This document shows, piece by piece, positions 27,675-36,782 of a stretch of 64,000 bases of DNA (position 1 is its first letter; every line of letters starts with the position of its first letter). Position numbers and translations under genes: made by a program. Location of the stretch: NCBI GenBank assembly GCA_025453395.1, contig JALOQK010000003.1:82711-146710 (forward strand), given 5' to 3'. Source of the stretch: Candidatus Omnitrophota bacterium (lineage in GTDB: Bacteria > Omnitrophota > Gorgyraeia > Gygaellales > Profunditerraquicolaceae). Below the pieces are notes generated by a model. The model searched no databases. It was not told the origin of the DNA and saw only the letters and a program-made list of their open reading frames with translations.

Positions 27675-28379
27675 ATGAAGATCGGTATTTTTGGTATTGA
27701 TGGTTTTTCTCAAGGCAAAGCCAATATTGTTGACCAGAGAGTAAAAACTTTGGAGCAGATGTTTAAGTCGGCAAAACAAGTTTTTATACAGGCGGATATT
27801 TTAACTCAGGAAGATAAACTTAAAGAGGCAGATGGTATAATCTCCCTTGAAGAGTCACGCTTGGTTTTAGTGATGACAGACTTGGAATTTGTGGAATTAA
27901 GGCTTTCACGCGGAGCCGAAGCATTAGAAAAGGAATTACTTTTGCGCGCCAAAGACTGCCTTTCCAAAGAAAATATGCTTTCAACTTTGGAATTAACTGA
28001 AGAAGAGAAAAAGATTTCCGCAGCCTTTCCGTTTTTGACTAATAAACCCATATTTTTCTGTAAGCCAGAGGATGCGCAAGAAAAAGAAAAACTTTTATTT
28101 AACGCCTACTACGGGTTTGGATATATTTCCTTTTTTACCGCCGGAGATAAAGACGCGCACGCCTGGTCAATAAAAAAAGGCGCCAATGCCTACGAATCAG
28201 CCGGATGTATTCATTCGGATATCCAGAAAGGTTTTATCCGCGCCGAGGTCTTAAGCTACGATGACCTCATAAAAGATGGCGGGCTTTCTCAGGCCAGGCA
28301 AAATAATCATATCCGCCTTGAGAACAAAGAATATATTGTTCAGGACGGTGACTATATAGTGTTTAAGTGTAATAAATAA
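27675..28379 (+). CDS. Truncated YchF/Ola1-like protein (coiled coil + DUF933/TGS) with no P-loop
   Basis: FLTNKP, ISFFTAG, AWSI..G..A..SAG.IHSDIQKGFIRAEV, RLENKEYIVQDGD; the N-terminus lacks GxxxxGKS. Confidence 0.8.
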   Translation: MKIGIFGIDGFSQGKANIVDQRVKTLEQMFKSAKQVFIQADILTQEDKLKEADGIISLEESRLVLVMTDLEFVELRLSRGAEALEKELLLRAKDCLSKENMLSTLELTEEEKKISAAFPFLTNKPIFFCKPEDAQEKEKLLFNAYYGFGYISFFTAGDKDAHAWSIKKGANAYESAGCIHSDIQKGFIRAEVLSYDDLIKDGGLSQARQNNHIRLENKEYIVQDGDYIVFKCNK

Positions 28380-28393
28380 AGAGCATGGGGTTG

Positions 28394-28425
28394 GTTATGA
28401 GTTATGAGTGAGGGTGAGTTGTGGG
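28394..28425. repeat. Short degenerate 7-nt repeat (GTTATGA-type) upstream of purH
   Basis: gttatga gttatga gtgaggg tgagttg tgg. Confidence 0.45.
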
Positions 28426-28446
28426 GGAAAGAAGAAAGGATAATAT

Positions 28447-30012
28447 ATGCTAAAAATTAAACGCGCATTGATCAGTGTTTCTGATAAAACAGGAATTCTC
28501 GACTTTGCCAAAGTCCTGCAAAGTTTTGGAGTAGAAATTCTTTCTACCGGAGGCACGGCAAAAATTTTTAGAGACAATAATATTCCTGTGCTTGAAGTTT
28601 CAGATTACACCGGTTTTCCGGAAATGCTCGATGGCAGGGTTAAGACTCTCCACCCTAAGATCCACGGTGGGCTTTTGGCGGTGCGTGATAATAGCGCGCA
28701 TATGGAAACTGTGAAAAAGCACAATATCGGTTTGATTGATATGGTGGTAGTTAATCTTTATCCTTTTGAGAAAGTAATTCAAAAAGAAGGTATTCCAATA
28801 GAAGAGGCAATTGAGAATATTGATATCGGTGGGCCCAGTATGCTTCGCTCGGCAGCCAAGAACCACAGGTCAGTGGCGGTTATTTCTTCACCTTTACGCT
28901 ACGCGCAGGTTTCCGAGGAGCTTAAGCGCAGCAAAGGCTTTTTATCAGAAAAGACGCTTCAGGAATTGGGCGTAGAAGTTTTTAAGGTTACATCTTGTTA
29001 CGATTCAGCTATCAATGCATATTTGGGGGAACACATTTTAAATAATCACCAAACATCAAATAACCAATTTCCGGATAAATTAAGTTTGTCATTTTCTAAG
29101 CTGCAGGATTTACGTTACGGAGAAAACCCGCATCAAAGGGGAGCGTTTTACCGCGATCAAAATGCCTGCGTTGGTATTTGCGGGATGAAACAGCTTTGGG
29201 GAAAAGAATTGTCATTTAATAATATTTTGGACCTTAATGCCGCGATAAATATTGTCCAGGAATTTTCCAATCCGGGAGTAGTTTTTATCAAGCACAATAA
29301 TCCTTGCGGGGTAGCGGAAAATAAAAATATCCTGAAAGCTTACCGTGATGCCTGGAGCTGCGATAAATTATCCGCCTTTGGCGGGATCTTGGCAATTAAC
29401 CGAAAAATAGATTTAAATCTGGCTAAATTAATCGCCAGGAGCGGATTTTTAGAATGTATCGTCTGCCCCGGATTCGCGCAAGAGGCAGTAGAATTATTAA
29501 CCGCTAAGAAAAATTTAAGGCTTTTGGAATTCTCCGGGTTACTTGATAAGATAGCGCAAGTTGATTTCAAGAGGGTAAGTGGCGGGCTTCTCGTTCAGGA
29601 CGGCGACGGTAAACTTTTTAATCCGGAAGAGCTAAAAACAGTAACTTCTTTGAAACCTTCAAAATCGCAAATGCAGTCGCTTCTTTTTGCCTGGAAAGTG
29701 GCCAAGCATGTGAAATCAAACGCCATTGTTTTAGTTAAGGGCGCAAAAACCGTCGGTATTGGCGCGGGGCAAATGTCCCGGGTGGATTCGGTATTTATTT
29801 CTACCAAGAAATCCGGCAAGTTAGCCATTGGTTCAGTTATGGCCTCGGACGCATTTTTTCCCAAAGAAGATGCCATACAATTAGCTGCGAAATTTAAGAT
29901 CAGGGCGATCATTCAGCCCGGAGGCTCTATTGCTGATGAGGCGATCATTAAGATGGCAGATAAGCATAAGATCGCCATGGTCTTTACCGGGACAAGGCAC
30001 TTTAAACATTAA
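28447..30012 (+). CDS. purH: Bifunctional AICAR transformylase / IMP cyclohydrolase
   Basis: RALISVSDKTG, GRVKTLHP, IDIGGPSM.R.AAKN, LRYGENPHQ, KHNNPCG, GAGQMSRVDS, ASDAFFP, RHFKH. Confidence 0.97.
   Translation: MLKIKRALISVSDKTGILDFAKVLQSFGVEILSTGGTAKIFRDNNIPVLEVSDYTGFPEMLDGRVKTLHPKIHGGLLAVRDNSAHMETVKKHNIGLIDMVVVNLYPFEKVIQKEGIPIEEAIENIDIGGPSMLRSAAKNHRSVAVISSPLRYAQVSEELKRSKGFLSEKTLQELGVEVFKVTSCYDSAINAYLGEHILNNHQTSNNQFPDKLSLSFSKLQDLRYGENPHQRGAFYRDQNACVGICGMKQLWGKELSFNNILDLNAAINIVQEFSNPGVVFIKHNNPCGVAENKNILKAYRDAWSCDKLSAFGGILAINRKIDLNLAKLIARSGFLECIVCPGFAQEAVELLTAKKNLRLLEFSGLLDKIAQVDFKRVSGGLLVQDGDGKLFNPEELKTVTSLKPSKSQMQSLLFAWKVAKHVKSNAIVLVKGAKTVGIGAGQMSRVDSVFISTKKSGKLAIGSVMASDAFFPKEDAIQLAAKFKIRAIIQPGGSIADEAIIKMADKHKIAMVFTGTRHFKH
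29041..29070 (+). repeat. Degenerate 7-nt repeat inside the purH interdomain linker (NNHQTSNNQF)
   Basis: aataatcaccaaacatcaaataaccaa; same type as the 249-313 arm and complementary to 33677-33699. Confidence 0.6.
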
Positions 30013-30017
30013 GTAAA

Positions 30018-31337
30018 ATGATTTACCCGGAAGCAATCAAATATTTGGAATCGTTCATTAATTACGAGAAAATCCCGTATTATTCTTACAAGGATTCTGT
30101 AAAGTTAGAGCGCATCAAAGATTTTCTTTCCCTTATTGGAAATCCCCAAGAAAGCTTGCGCGTAATCCATGTTGCCGGCAGTAAGGGCAAGGGTTCTACA
30201 AGCGCTTTTATCGCCCAGATATTAAAAGAAGCGGGATTTAAAACCGGATTATACACTTCTCCGCACCTGTCAGACTTCAGGGAAAGAATTCGTGTCTTCA
30301 GCTGTCAGCCTTCAGCTATCAGCCTTCAGCCAAAAGAATTTGAAGGCATGATTGAGAAAAAAGATTTAACGCGCTTAGTTAAAAAACTAAGGCCTAAAAT
30401 AGAACAATACAATAGGATTTTAAAATATGGCCCATTATCATTCTTTGAGGCCTACACAGCGCTAGCTTTTGTTTATTTTAAAGAAAAAAAAGTAGATTTC
30501 GCGGTTTTAGAGACTGGCATGGGCGGAAGGTTAGACGCAACAAATACTACTAATGCCCAAGTTTGTGTGATTACCCCTATTAGCTATGAGCATACGGACA
30601 AATTAGGTAAAACTCTAAGGCAAATAGCAAGAGAAAAGGCCGGAATAATCAAATCCGAAATCCGAAATCCGAAATCCGAAAGTGCAAAACCAATTGTGAT
30701 TTGCGCGCCGCAGGAAAAAGAGGCGTTAGATGTTATTAGAAAAAGATGTATAGATGTTGGCGCAAAGATTTACGAAATAAAGAAAAATAAATTAACGCAG
30801 TTTAAAACTCAACTTTTAGGGTTTCATCAGCAGATAAACGCGAATGTTGCAAAAGAAGCGGTTAAGGCCTTGTCTTATTTTGGAGCAAAAATAAGCGATA
30901 GTAAAATTCGAAAAGGCCTCGCAGGCACTTTTTGGCCGGGAAGATGCGAGGTGATTTCTCAAAAGCCATTTATTGTTTTAGACGGTGCGCAGAATAAAGC
31001 TTCGGCAAAAGCATTAAAAGAAGCTATCAGGGCTAATTTCCGCTATAATAAGTTAATCTTGGTTTTAGGGATTTCACAGGATAAGGATATAAGGGGGATT
31101 TGCGCGCAATTGCGCACTTTAGCGGGTACAGTTATTTTAACTAAATCCAGTAATCCGCGCGCCACAGAACCAAAAGTCTTAGCGCGATATTTTCCTAAGA
31201 AAGATACGCGGCAAACTTCCGGCGTAAAAGAAGCCTTGTGTTTAGCTAAAGAAGAGGCGAAGGAAAAAGATTTAATATTGGTGACTGGGTCGCTGTTTGT
31301 GGTCGGAGAAGCCAGGGAAGATATATTAAGTTATTAA
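30018..31337 (+). CDS. folC: Folylpolyglutamate synthase / dihydrofolate synthase
   Basis: HVAGSKGKGST, YTSPHL, ETGMGGRLDATN, EH...LG, EKAGII, WPGRCE, DGAQN, TGSLFVVGE. Confidence 0.95.
   Translation: MIYPEAIKYLESFINYEKIPYYSYKDSVKLERIKDFLSLIGNPQESLRVIHVAGSKGKGSTSAFIAQILKEAGFKTGLYTSPHLSDFRERIRVFSCQPSAISLQPKEFEGMIEKKDLTRLVKKLRPKIEQYNRILKYGPLSFFEAYTALAFVYFKEKKVDFAVLETGMGGRLDATNTTNAQVCVITPISYEHTDKLGKTLRQIAREKAGIIKSEIRNPKSESAKPIVICAPQEKEALDVIRKRCIDVGAKIYEIKKNKLTQFKTQLLGFHQQINANVAKEAVKALSYFGAKISDSKIRKGLAGTFWPGRCEVISQKPFIVLDGAQNKASAKALKEAIRANFRYNKLILVLGISQDKDIRGICAQLRTLAGTVILTKSSNPRATEPKVLARYFPKKDTRQTSGVKEALCLAKEEAKEKDLILVTGSLFVVGEAREDILSY
30298..30332 (+). repeat. In-frame TCAGCNN x5 repeat within folC (FSCQPSAISLQP)
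   Basis: tcagctg tcagcct tcagcta tcagcct tcagcca, inserted just after RERIRV. Confidence 0.85.
30651..30681 (+). repeat. In-frame perfect AAATCCG x4 repeat within folC (KSEIRNPKSE)
   Basis: aaatccg four times plus aaa, right after EKAGII. Confidence 0.92.
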
Positions 31338-31344
31338 AAGCCGA

Positions 31345-31521
31345 TGATTGGTAGCGGGGCCTTGTCTGTATTTTTGCGGGAACGTTTGCCCCGCCCCAGC
31401 GTGGCGGGGCTGCACTTCGTTCCAGCCCCTCGCTCTCGCTATATGTTTTTAGCGGGCGAACCTTGCCCGCTCGGGGCTTCCAAGATCCCGCAAAAACACA
31501 GCCAAGCCACCCGCTTAATCA
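31345..31521. repeat. GC-rich multi-hairpin element with long terminal inverted repeats (MITE/REP-like or structured RNA)
   Basis: TTTTTGCGGGA (31371-81)/TCCCGCAAAAA (31486-96); AGCGGG/CCCGCT and TGATT/AATCA outer pairs; internal GCCCCGCC/GGCGGGGC, GGGGCTG/CAGCCCC, GCGGGC/GCCCGC. Confidence 0.65.
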
Positions 31522-31556
31522 GAGAGTATAATTTTGCTATACTATGAGGAGGGGTG

Positions 31557-32216
31557 ATGGAGAAGAAAAGAATAATTCTTGGAGTTTTATTTCTTGTTGG
31601 CGGCTTTGTTATTTTAGTTCTAGTATTGAATATAATAAAGATAAACAAAGCGGAAACTTTCTTAAACAGCCTGAAGGGCGAAATAATTTACGTTAATAGG
31701 GATGGGCAGTATTCAAATGTGTATAAAATATCCGCTAATGGTAAAAATAGACAAATGCTATATCATAATATCGATAGGACGAATTCAAATTGCTTATTTC
31801 CTCAATGGTCATCGGATGGTTCAAGAATTTTCTTCACGGCAATGAGAAATGGTCAATGGAGAACGTTTATCATGGATTCAGATGGTAGCAATGTAGAAGT
31901 AGTTGAAAATAAAGAAAGTTCACTGGTGAGTCATTATTCAAGGGCAAACGACATTATAGTGAAAGCCGGAAATGTGTATTGTGTAGATGATAAAGGAAAT
32001 GAATTTAAAGTATATAGTTTTGATGGTTATGATTACAAATTTAATCCAGGTGCTTCTGAAGCATCATGGAGCCCCGATAAAAAATTTGTTATTTTCCAAT
32101 CATGCGAATATGGTTTCTTAGGAATGTGGGGAGGGTGTAGTATTTTAATAGCAGATCCGGGAACTGCAGAAGTGGTAAAGATAACTGCAGGTAAAGCGCC
32201 TGATTGGAAGTATTAA
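31557..32216 (+). CDS. Membrane-anchored TolB/PD40-repeat-like protein
   Basis: N-terminal TM, PQWSSDGSRIFF, MDSDGSN, SWSPDKKFVIF, PDWK; SD GAGGAGG; visibly AT-richer than its neighbours. Confidence 0.75.
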   Translation: MEKKRIILGVLFLVGGFVILVLVLNIIKINKAETFLNSLKGEIIYVNRDGQYSNVYKISANGKNRQMLYHNIDRTNSNCLFPQWSSDGSRIFFTAMRNGQWRTFIMDSDGSNVEVVENKESSLVSHYSRANDIIVKAGNVYCVDDKGNEFKVYSFDGYDYKFNPGASEASWSPDKKFVIFQSCEYGFLGMWGGCSILIADPGTAEVVKITAGKAPDWKY

Positions 32217-32249
32217 CCTTTTTATCTTCTAAATTAAAAAAGCATTCTA

Positions 32250-33671
32250 ATGATCAATATGCAGAGTTTAAATTTAAATGATACTATCGCAGCGATTGCT
32301 ACACCTTGCGGAGAAGGCGGGATTGGGATTGTGCGCATAAGTGGTAAAGACGCCTTGCTAGTTGCAGATAAAGTTTTCTCTGCCAAAAGCAATAAGAAGC
32401 CGTCTACTTTTAAGAGTCATATGGTTCATTATGGTTGGATCATGGAAGCGAAAAGCGAAAAGCGAAAAGCGCAAAACGAAAAAATCATAGATGAGGTCCT
32501 GTTGACTGTCATGCGGGCTCCTCGCACTTATACCAAAGAAGATATTGTGGAAATAAACTGTCACGGCGGGATGGTGGCCTTAAAAAGTGTTTTAGATTTG
32601 GTTTTATCCTGCGGCGCGCGCCTTGCCGCTCCGGGTGAATTTACCAAGCGTGCCTTTTTAAACGGAAGAATTGATTTGGCCCAGGCAGAATCAGTGCTTG
32701 ATATTATCCACGCCAAGAGCCAAGAAGCCCTCAGGGTAAGCTTAAGACAACTAAAGGGCGGCTTGTCAGAGAGAATAAATAAAATCCGCCAGGGGCTTTT
32801 GGAATCTTTAGCGTTATTAGAGGCAAATATTGAATTCCCCGATGAGGAAATCGGCAATATTGATAAAGATGCCTTGTTGGGCAAATTAAATGACGCGCTT
32901 GATAAATTAAATAGCCTTATTCAAACTTCTTTCTACGGGAAGATGATGCGCGATGGGATCCACGTTGTTATTTGCGGAAAGCCTAATGCCGGGAAGTCTT
33001 CTCTTTTAAATGCCATTCTTAAAGAAGAGCGCTCCATTGTTACTCCTATTGCCGGGACTACCCGGGATACAGTAGAAGAATTTATTTCCCTAAAAGGGGT
33101 GCCGGTGTGTTTAGTGGATACCGCCGGGCTTAAAGACGCATCCGGTTTGATTGAAAAAGAAGCCATGTCGCGTTCCCGAAAAAAGATAAAACACGCGGAT
33201 GTAGTTTTGGTTGTTTTTGATTCTAGCACTAAACTGAACAAGGACGATAAAAAAATCCTGCGTCAGGCCAACTCCGATATTACAGTTGCGGTTTTAAACA
33301 AAATAGACTTGAAGAAAAGAATAGAAGAGGATGTAATCCGCAGGAGTTTGCCAAGAATAGTGGAAGTTTCCGCGAAAAAAGAAAGAAATATACAGGCTTT
33401 GGAAGAAGCAATTGTGGGGTTGGCCTGTAAAAGACAAGGCTCTTGCCAGGATGGATTTTTTGTTTCCAACACCCGGCACATTCAAGCCCTAAAAGAGGCA
33501 CATAAACTTGTTGCTTCCGCAGTAAGTTCTATGGATAATAATTTATTGCCTGTGGAGTTAGTGGCTCAGGAATTAAAAGACGCATTATCTGGTTTGGATG
33601 AAGTTCTAGGAAAAGATTCAAATAAAGATATTTTAGATAAGATATTTTCGCAATTCTGCATTGGTAAATAA
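32250..33671 (+). CDS. mnmE: tRNA modification GTPase MnmE (TrmE)
   Basis: DTIAAIAT, EINCHGG, GEFTKRAFLNG, GKPNAGKSS, GTTRD, DTAG, NKID, C-terminal FCIGK. Confidence 0.97.
   Translation: MINMQSLNLNDTIAAIATPCGEGGIGIVRISGKDALLVADKVFSAKSNKKPSTFKSHMVHYGWIMEAKSEKRKAQNEKIIDEVLLTVMRAPRTYTKEDIVEINCHGGMVALKSVLDLVLSCGARLAAPGEFTKRAFLNGRIDLAQAESVLDIIHAKSQEALRVSLRQLKGGLSERINKIRQGLLESLALLEANIEFPDEEIGNIDKDALLGKLNDALDKLNSLIQTSFYGKMMRDGIHVVICGKPNAGKSSLLNAILKEERSIVTPIAGTTRDTVEEFISLKGVPVCLVDTAGLKDASGLIEKEAMSRSRKKIKHADVVLVVFDSSTKLNKDDKKILRQANSDITVAVLNKIDLKKRIEEDVIRRSLPRIVEVSAKKERNIQALEEAIVGLACKRQGSCQDGFFVSNTRHIQALKEAHKLVASAVSSMDNNLLPVELVAQELKDALSGLDEVLGKDSNKDILDKIFSQFCIGK
32444..32482 (+). repeat. In-frame AAAAGCG-type 7-nt repeat within mnmE (EAKSEKRKAQNEK)
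   Basis: ggaagcg aaaagcg aaaagcg aaaagcg caaaacg, between GWI and IIDEV. Confidence 0.88.
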
Positions 33672-33675
33672 CTAG

Positions 33676-33741
33676 TTTGGTTATTGATGTTTGATTATTG
33701 GTAAGCTTATTTGGTTGTTGGAATTTGGTTATTGATTATTG
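33676..33741. repeat. Intergenic G/T-rich 7-nt repeat (TTGGTTA/TTGATTA) after mnmE
   Basis: tttggttattgatgtttgattattggtaagcttatttggttgttggaatttggttattgattattg; same type as the 328-392 arm. Confidence 0.8.
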
Positions 33742-33778
33742 AATATATAGATATGTAATTTAACTGGGAGATAAACGA

Positions 33779-34336
33779 ATGGATAAAAAGAAGATTGAGA
33801 AAGCGGTCCGTGATATATTAGTGGCAATCGGGGAAAACCCTAAGAAAAAAGATCTTTTGGAAACGCCTAAGCGCGTAGCAGAGATGTATGAAGAAATATT
33901 TTCTGGGGTAGGGCAAGACCCGCAGAAGTATTTAGAGGTTCTTTTAGAGCAGAAGCACCACGAGATAGTTCTTTTAAAGGGAATTCCTTTATATAGTGTT
34001 TGTGAACATCATCTTTTGCCGTTTTTTGGCAAGGCGCACGTGGCCTATATCCCTAAACAAGGACGGGTTACAGGTTTAAGTAAATTAGCTAGAGTTGTGG
34101 ATATGCTGGCTCGCCGTCCGCAAGTACAGGAGCGTTTGACTACGCAGATCGCGGAAATCATCATGGAGAAATTAAAACCCCAAGGCTGCATGGTAGTTAT
34201 TCAGGCAGAGCATCTTTGTATGTCCATGCGAGGCGTAAGAAAGCCCGGGACTTTGACGGTAACTTCCGCGGTAAGGGGCATCTTTAAAGAAAATCAGAAA
34301 ACCCGTTCGGAAACCTTAGCTTTGATGCGGGATTAA
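33779..34336 (+). CDS. folE: GTP cyclohydrolase I
   Basis: [43 protein letters not shown]. Confidence 0.97.
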   Translation: MDKKKIEKAVRDILVAIGENPKKKDLLETPKRVAEMYEEIFSGVGQDPQKYLEVLLEQKHHEIVLLKGIPLYSVCEHHLLPFFGKAHVAYIPKQGRVTGLSKLARVVDMLARRPQVQERLTTQIAEIIMEKLKPQGCMVVIQAEHLCMSMRGVRKPGTLTVTSAVRGIFKENQKTRSETLALMRD

Positions 34337-34348
34337 AACCTTAAAATT

Positions 34349-35287
34349 ATGTTACCCGAGCAAAAGATAAGAACGGCATTATTCTACTTAAGCGTTTTTA
34401 TTTTCTTTTCCGGTCTTCCCTTTATCCTTGCCTTTTCTTTAGGGTATAAATTTGACTATCGCCATTTCAAATTCGCCAAGGCAGGGATGATTGTTTTAAA
34501 AACACAACCCGCAGGCGCGGATGTTTACCTTGATGGCGTATTGATTGAGCAAAAAACTACCGCCACTTTAAATGAGCTTTTGCCCGCCACTTATAATATC
34601 AGGCTGGAATTGCAAGGGCATTATCCGTGGTCAAGCCAGATTAAAGTAGAGCAAGGTAAGGCGTCTTTATTCGAGAAAATAATCCTGTTTGCCAAAAGAA
34701 CCGATATTGAACAGCTGAATAAAACCAGCTTTTCTTCTTTCTATGTTGATAAAGAGCAAAAAAATATTTATTCCCTTGATTATGAAAATAGGAAACTTTA
34801 TGTTTCAGGTTTGCAGGGAGAACACCATCGCCTTGCGGCGCTTGTTCCGAAGATGTCCCAAGAACCGCTTAAATTCATAATTTCTTTTGATAGAAAAAAG
34901 GTCATTTTTTTAAATAGCCGCCAGGTAGCAGTTTCTGAGATATTCACTCGGGAAGAAGATGTAATTGCAGATCAGGGGATTGTTTTGGATTATCCCTCGG
35001 ATGTAATAGTAGATGCATTTTGGTATTCGGATAATTACCACTTTATGCTTGTTTGCCGAAAAAGAATTATTATCTGCGAGCCGGTAGAAGATTTCAAGCC
35101 TGTGGAATTGGCCAGTCTCTCAGGTCATAACCATAGTTATTTTTATGATATATCAAGTGACGTGTTGTACTTTTCTGATTATCAAAAGGCTGTGGATGGC
35201 CAGATGCACCAGAATTTGTATAAATTGGATGTAGCTCCTAAAGTTACTGTTCTGCCTAGAATTATTAAAATAAAGGCCAATGAGTAG
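34349..35287 (+). CDS. PEGA-domain membrane-anchored protein
   Basis: N-terminal TM, G.I...TQP.GADVYLDG, L.P..Y.IRLE..G..PW. Confidence 0.75.
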   Translation: MLPEQKIRTALFYLSVFIFFSGLPFILAFSLGYKFDYRHFKFAKAGMIVLKTQPAGADVYLDGVLIEQKTTATLNELLPATYNIRLELQGHYPWSSQIKVEQGKASLFEKIILFAKRTDIEQLNKTSFSSFYVDKEQKNIYSLDYENRKLYVSGLQGEHHRLAALVPKMSQEPLKFIISFDRKKVIFLNSRQVAVSEIFTREEDVIADQGIVLDYPSDVIVDAFWYSDNYHFMLVCRKRIIICEPVEDFKPVELASLSGHNHSYFYDISSDVLYFSDYQKAVDGQMHQNLYKLDVAPKVTVLPRIIKIKANE

Positions 35288-36782
35288 TTTAGTTTACAAC
35301 AGAAGATTTCTGGAAATCATTCCGGGAGCTGTTTCCTGGGGAATAATTATTTTCTTGGCGGGGATGTCTTTTATGAATCCCAAAGCCTGCGCCGTATTGA
35401 TAATTATTTTTGATTTTTACTGGATCGTGCGCACAGTTTACCTGACAACGCTTCTTTTAATCGCCCATCATAAACTACATGTTCAAAGAAATATGGATTG
35501 GCTTGAGCGGTGCCGGAATTTAAGCGCGCAATACCGCTGGCAAAGTTTGTACCACTTGGTTATTTTTCCTGTTTATAAGGAGGACGCGGAAGTATTGCGT
35601 TTTTCTTTAGCGGCGATCAGAGAAAGCCAGTACCCCAAGGAAAAAATAATTGTTGTCCTGGGGTTTGAACAGCGCAACCATTTTGCAAGCTTTACTGCGA
35701 AAATACTGGAAGAAGAGTTTAAGGGTGATTTCTTAATCCTGTTTTCTGTTTTTCATCCCCAGGATATCCCGGGGGAAACCCAAACTAAAGGTGCCAATGC
35801 GACCTGGGCGGCTAAGCAAGCCAAAGATTTCTTAGATCAAAAACACATAAAATATGAGGATGTAGTCTTATCGTGTTTTGACGCTGATACCTGTGTGCAT
35901 AATCAATATTTTGCTTGTCTGTCGCATTATTTTTTAACTGTGCCTTTTCCTCATCAGGCAAGTTATCAGCCTGTGCCGGTGTACAACAACAATATATGGC
36001 ATGCGCCCTCATTCGCAAGGATCGTGGAAATAAGCTCATCTTTTACCCAGATGATTGAAAGCATGCGCCTTGAGAAATTTGTTACCTTTTCAAGCCATAG
36101 CATGAGTTTTAAGGCCTTAGTGGATATAAATTATTGGCCGGTGGATATGATTTCCGATGATTCTGTGGTTTATTGGAAAGCATTTTTATTTTATAAAGGG
36201 CAATACAGAGTTGTGCCGCTTCCCACAACCGTTTCCATGGACGTGGCATACAGTAAAGGGCTCTTCCGGACGATTGTTACCCAGTATAAACAAAAACGCA
36301 GATGGGCCTGGGGGGTTGAGAATTTTCCATTTTTAGTTATGGGGTTTAAAGATAACCCGGGTATTCCTTTTTTAATCCGTCTGCGGCGCACCTATAATCT
36401 TTTAGAAAGCCACGTAACCTGGGCGGTTTGGGCGGTTATTATTACTTTTATCAGCCCTCTGCCGGTTATTGTGGGAGGGGTATTATTTCAGCAGATGCCT
36501 TTAAGCCAGAATCTACCGCAAGTCACCGGGCTTCTTTTACGTTTTACCCTTGTAACTAGTTTAATCTGGGTTATTTTAAGCCGCCTGACTTTGCCCGCGC
36601 GGCCGCGGGATGTCAGCTGGATGAAAAACATTGTTATGTTTCTGGAGTGGGCGATTGTGCCGTTTGTAATTCTCATATTGGGCTCTACTCCGGCTTTGGA
36701 TGCTCAAACCTGCCTTTTATCCGGCAGGCGAATGAAATTTGTTACTACCCCGAAAATAAAGAGGCCAAATGCCGGCAAATAA
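35280..36782 (+). CDS. Integral-membrane processive-type GT2 glycosyltransferase
   Basis: IFPVYKE, KGAN, FDADT, ISDD, QKRRWAWG (QxxRW), flanking TMs. Confidence 0.85.
   Translation: MSSLVYNRRFLEIIPGAVSWGIIIFLAGMSFMNPKACAVLIIIFDFYWIVRTVYLTTLLLIAHHKLHVQRNMDWLERCRNLSAQYRWQSLYHLVIFPVYKEDAEVLRFSLAAIRESQYPKEKIIVVLGFEQRNHFASFTAKILEEEFKGDFLILFSVFHPQDIPGETQTKGANATWAAKQAKDFLDQKHIKYEDVVLSCFDADTCVHNQYFACLSHYFLTVPFPHQASYQPVPVYNNNIWHAPSFARIVEISSSFTQMIESMRLEKFVTFSSHSMSFKALVDINYWPVDMISDDSVVYWKAFLFYKGQYRVVPLPTTVSMDVAYSKGLFRTIVTQYKQKRRWAWGVENFPFLVMGFKDNPGIPFLIRLRRTYNLLESHVTWAVWAVIITFISPLPVIVGGVLFQQMPLSQNLPQVTGLLLRFTLVTSLIWVILSRLTLPARPRDVSWMKNIVMFLEWAIVPFVILILGSTPALDAQTCLLSGRRMKFVTTPKIKRPNAGK

Noticed and set aside
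27675-28379. ychF pseudogene
   Set aside because: Single intact ORF with an SD-like sequence, the native N-terminal strand and a conserved C-terminus; I found no remnant of the missing part nearby
30651-30681. Classical phase variation of folC
   Set aside because: The gene is in frame and normally essential, and similar arrays occur between genes; ON/OFF switching cannot be shown without reads
31344-31648. Short ORFs 31344-31547 (+) and 31439-31648 (-), or a tRNA/SRP/tmRNA at this site
   Set aside because: The ORFs just read through the palindromic element; no T-loop, CCA end or other recognisable RNA family motif
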